From the NCBI RefSeq assembly GCF_029227915.1, contig NC_079887.1, positions 16,096,214 to 16,160,213 of the forward strand: a DNA stretch of 64,000 nucleotides, read 5' to 3'. This stretch comes from Hydractinia symbiolongicarpus. Taxonomy: Eukaryota. The translations under genes were made by a program, and so were the position numbers. This document shows, piece after piece, positions 59,557-64,000 of this stretch. Within the stretch, counting starts at the first letter, position 1, and each line of letters begins with the position of its first letter. A model generated the notes under the pieces. The model did not search any database and was not told where the DNA came from. It saw nothing but the letters and a program-made list of their open reading frames with translations.

Positions 59557-62500
59557 GATACCTTAAAGGAATTAAGGGTTTTTCCAAATTAAACAATTTT
59601 TTGTCAATTTTGCGAAAAATTAGTTCTTGCAAAAACTTGCCATTATTGCTATTATAAACTCTTGAAAATTAACTCGAAATTTGGATTTCTTTCCTGTTTG
59701 AAACACACTTTTCTACTGATTTACATAGAACTATATAAGATATCGCCATAATACAAGTGTGCTGATACAAGGAGAATTGGTTTAGGTAAAAAAACAGCCT
59801 AATAATTTTTACTTTATTTAAAAACAAAAGATAATATAAATTTATTGTAAAGTAAGACTGAGAAGTGTGAAAAAAAAGTAATTGCAAAGGAAGTTTGCTA
59901 AACAAGAAATTTTTTACTTAGTTCGATGTATATTTAAATTAGTAACGCTGAAAGAAAACATAATTGACAAAGGAAGTATTTTAAACAAGGAATAACTAAC
60001 GTCTTTGAATAAGTTAATTTTTTTTATTTATTAATATCTTAGGTCTGTAATACTTAAAAATTAGATACAGTAAATTAGACATCAATAAGATCAAAGGAAT
60101 TGACGTCAATTGCATTTTAAAAATGAGCTAAACCATAGCAGTGCACTTGAAACTTAAGGCTAAATAACTTGAAATCGGATGGAAAAACCTGTCAGGTCAC
60201 TGAACACCCTAATCGTTCACTGAAAAAAACACATATATAATCTTTATTAATTTGACCAGTGTTTTAAGCTCTGCACAGTAAGACAAATTTCTAAAGAAAT
60301 ATTTTTTCTCTATGAAAGAGTCATTCTTTAAAAATTCAAATTGTTTATCTTTTCTATTGTTCTTCTGTAAGATTTTTTCACAGGTCTAATAACTAGTATA
60401 ATATTTAAATAGGTAAAAAAAAAATATTGAGAATAGGTTGTTAATAAAACTAAAAGCAAAAATACACATAAGAAAAATATTAATGGATTTGCTTGGACTT
60501 GCAGGGTAACAGAGTCTCTTGACTCTGATATCGGCTCAGCACCAATATAAATTAACTACTCAGTAACCTGTGGAAAAGTCTACTGGGTCGCCTGCCCTTT
60601 TTATGTTTTCGTAGCACTTATTGTTTTTTTGCAGACAGGCAGGCACAGAATACGGCTATTATTAAAGAGATTATTGTGAGTTTTTTTCTGAAAACTTATC
60701 CTATTTTTATTTTTGTTATAATTTTTTTGATGTTTAATTTGCATAATATTTTCACACATCTTTTTAAAAAAACTATATCTTTATTCCCATTAACATCACA
60801 TTAAATTTGAGTTAACGTTAAAAATCATATACATAAAACGAGAATACACATCTTTTTTAACTAATCCACACATAAACAAAATTTAACAAACAAACTTTTT
60901 TCTTTTCTTAACCAATTAACACATTTTACATTCATCCCAGTGAAAAACATGCACTACTTGTAAAATTACAAACAAATCCTACAGGAGATGATGGCATGCC
61001 GTGAATGCACATCAACACACCCTTGCCCACACAAATATTTTGTTTTTATGATACACAAATATTTTGTTTTTATGACACACAAATATTTTGTCAAGACACC
61101 AACTTAACAAAATTTATTGTGACATAAATGCTCACACAATAATTCAGAGTGCAATCTAGCATTGTCAGTAGCAGTTGAACAGCTTTTTCTAATTTATCTG
61201 AAATTTCCCAATTTATAAGAGAAGCTAACTATATTTACTCCACAATTTAGGACTTATAACCCATTTCATACAAGTTGTGAAACAATAAAATTTCATTAAT
61301 ATCCCTCAAAATATGTTAATGGAATTTCCATTTTGGATTTAACAGCCCTATTTTAGATTTCTGGATTACATCCTTTTATTTCATTAAACTGTATAATCAA
61401 GTAACTTCTTCCGAAATTCCCCAAATATATACAGCATAAAACATTCAGCTAAATGTGGATTCAGCTAAATGTGGGACCAAACTAGTATCAAGTGATTTAT
61501 TCAAGCATGGTCAATCAATCACTACATGAAAAATCCGTCTGATAGAGAAACACATTTTCTCAACATTTATTTCTTAAAAAAGTGGTATAAATGAAAACCT
61601 TATCAACTGCACATGTGAATTTAAAATATACGTTTAAAAAAAAATCTGCATTACAATTATATTATATACATTAAGGACAGTCAAAGTTTTAAACAAAATC
61701 CTTATATAAAAATCAAAATATTTAACAGGCTAAAAGAAGTCTCACCTTCTGATTTTGTTTTTTCTGCATGATACATTTTACTTTATTTATGTTCCCATAT
61801 ATATCTTTATTGTTCTTAAAATTTGAAATAATATAAAATGTAAAAAAACATCAAGGAAGGTCAATAATACACAAACCCTTGTTGTGTTTGCAAACAGATA
61901 TAAACACAGATTAAAATATAACTGAAAAATGTTTTCTTTATAACTTCTTGACAACAGTACAATAACGCTAGAAACATACATATGAGTTAGATTCAACAAG
62001 CTGCAGCACATAATTAAAGACCAACTATTAAGGAAAATATAATCACCATAGCATTTTTAGAAATTAAAATGAAGCAACAATATAACCACAGGTATGCTAA
62101 CAATTAGGTGTTGCATTTTATAAGTTTGTCTACTAAAACATGTAATTTGAGAAGTTTGTTTACTAAAACATGTAAGTAGAAAAAGATGTTAAAAACATTT
62201 CATGAAATTTAACTACAGCCCAAATCATCACCATTCCCAATAAAAAAAGTTTAAACCATAGAATTTGTTTTGTTTTTAAATATATTAACCGTAGAAAGTC
62301 GAAAATAAACTAATTGTATCATAACATTACCATTAATTGTTTAGATCTTTTGAGCATTCATCAATTGAGCAATTCCACAATTATATACAATCTAATTCTT
62401 GTGTCTAGCTCTCTCCTGCATATATAATTAAAATCTTTAGGTATAAACTTAAATGCTATAAATACATGATTGATGAATCCAACACGCTTGGAATTATAAA

Positions 62501-62696
62501 TTTGCACAATTGAAAATTGTGAAAAAAATTCTGTTTGTCGGTGAAAATAATGTGGTATTGATTCTTGAAATGTTACTAAATTTTTAATGCATTGAACATG
62601 AAAAAAATATCAGAGGACAGCGAAAAACGTAATCAAAATTACGTAAACCAACCAACCAACCAAAATTAAAACTTTGAGGTGAAAGACATTTATATC

Positions 62697-64000
62697 ATCA
62701 TCATCATCATTCTCGGCTAAACGTCCGTTTTCCATGCTAGCATGGGTTGGACGGGGTATATTAATGACCCTCTTCCAATCTGATCTAGACTGTGTTAGAT
62801 CTAAACTCAACTTCCTCTGTATCAAGTCTGTCCTTATAACCTCCTGCCAATTCTTTCTCGGTCTGTCTCTGGGCTTTGCCCCAGGAACTATCAAGTCTCT
62901 ACACTTCCTTACCTGATTATCCTCCTCCATTCTTTTTAAGTGCCCCAGCCAATTCAATCTTCTTATCTGGATAACATCTTTAATTCTACGGAGACTTAGC
63001 CTGCTTCTTAGCTCATCTGAACTCTTTCTGTCTCTCAGACTGGCGTTACACATCCACCTAACCATTCTCATATCATTCCTTTCTAAACGGTCAAGATCTT
63101 CCTGCTTCACTGCCCATGTCTCACTACTGTACAACATAACACTTCTTACACAGGCCTCATACAACCTACCTTTTACCTCAATTGACAGGACTCTGCTAGT
63201 CAAGAAAGGAAGTAACTCTCTGAACTTTTTCCAAGCAGAACCTATCCTGCAAGTAACACTTCTTCCAACACCCCCTTCACTGCCCAACATATCACCTAAG
63301 TAACAGAAGTTCTCAACTATCTCTAACGAGCCACTGTTGTACATCATTAAAGCTGGAAATACTTCATTCTCTATAATCTCACCTTTGCACCACTTGCATA
63401 CAAACTGAATGTCAGCTCTTAACCTTCCACTAATATTACTGCACTTCTTATGTACCTAATGCTTGCAAGTCTGACAAAAAATTGAGTTACTACCACCCCT
63501 TTCCTGCAAACTCCACAAGGCCACTTTCCAACTACAAGGTCACACTTGGCTGCAATGCTACTAATCATGACTTAAAACTTTGCTGTGTTTACCTTTAGCC
63601 CTTTCTCTTCTAGTCCTTTCTTTCCACTTCTCAAACTTTTCAACTAATTCTTCCATCGACTCTGCTATGAGAACCAAATCATCTGCATACAATAACTCCC
63701 ATGGACAACCTGTTCTGAACTCCATCGACAGCGCTTCTAAGACTAGAACAAACTACAAAGGACTAAGTACAGAACCCTGATGTACACCAACATTTACACT
63801 AAATTCATCACTAAGTGAATCGTTAATCTGACACAACTTCTAGCATTGCTGTACATAGACTGTACCATCGTAACTAGCTATCATCCACACCTAATTTTCT
63901 CATAACCCACCAAATAACTTTACGTGGCACTCTATCAAAAGCTTTCTCTAAATCTACAAAGGCAAAATAGAGATTCTTTCTCTTTCCTAAATACTTTTCC
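62697..64000 (-). mobile_element. LINE copy 2, inverted relative to copy 1; it reaches further 5' into the RT domain and runs off the window end
   Basis: Across 62610-63780 it is ~95% identical to copy 1 and carries the same PHD finger and GRPRKNW tail. Its ORF 62610-63347 is intact through the region where copy 1 is frameshifted. Upstream on the minus strand it reads ...DEFSVNVGVHQGSVLSPLLF. The (CAT)n 3' end is at 62697-62712. Confidence 0.85.

Overview
This 64-kb window is AT-rich (~33% GC) eukaryotic nuclear DNA, most likely from an invertebrate animal. The evidence is spliced multi-exon genes with GT-AG introns, long microsatellites and satellites, and many decayed retroelement and DNA-transposon remnants. 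I found no prokaryotic features: no operons, CRISPR arrays or rRNA genes. Nothing here is clearly a previously undescribed system.

Two major-facilitator-superfamily transporter genes are well supported from the sequence. An MFSD1-like gene lies on the + strand at 23980-33816 with 16 coding exons resolved; the first coding exon was not found. An SVOP-like gene (SV2-related protein) lies on the - strand at 45852-57642 with 13 exons resolved. One of its introns contains a ~2.7-kb satellite with a 12-bp unit, and its 5' flank contains two near-identical 5'-truncated LINE copies in inverted orientation.

Between these genes lies a decayed, rearranged Polinton/Maverick-like remnant (about 38.3-43.1 kb). 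It encodes a family-B DNA polymerase (PolB) of the protein-primed type typical of Polintons/Mavericks, with motifs Exo I (FDFEA), D.NMLYPS and YMDTDS. It also encodes a retroviral-type (rve) integrase core and, unexpectedly, a Vsr-like endonuclease domain (HGCKWHGC ... GYNVVSVWECE) immediately upstream of the polymerase exonuclease domain.

Other features:
- A second spliced gene of unknown function on the - strand (3788-5197). Its intron is almost filled by a (CTT)139 tract that ends 26 nt before the 3' splice site.
- A 6-kb foldback-type element (12250-18240) with satellite-bearing inverted arms, and a nested 1-kb foldback MITE inside it.
- A 140-bp satellite with a ~410-bp higher-order repeat.
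- Several decayed LINE fragments.
- A retroelement remnant (zinc-knuckle / RT-like / RNase H) with a THAP-domain ORF antisense next to it.
- A frameshifted HTH + rve-integrase-like pseudogene.
- Two MITE families.
- A tRNA-derived SINE-like family.
- A short dispersed element of unknown class with a conserved hairpin, in three copies.

All coordinates come from reading the text by hand and may be off by a few nucleotides. At ~50759-50761 the printed sequence and the supplied ORF track appear to disagree by one base.
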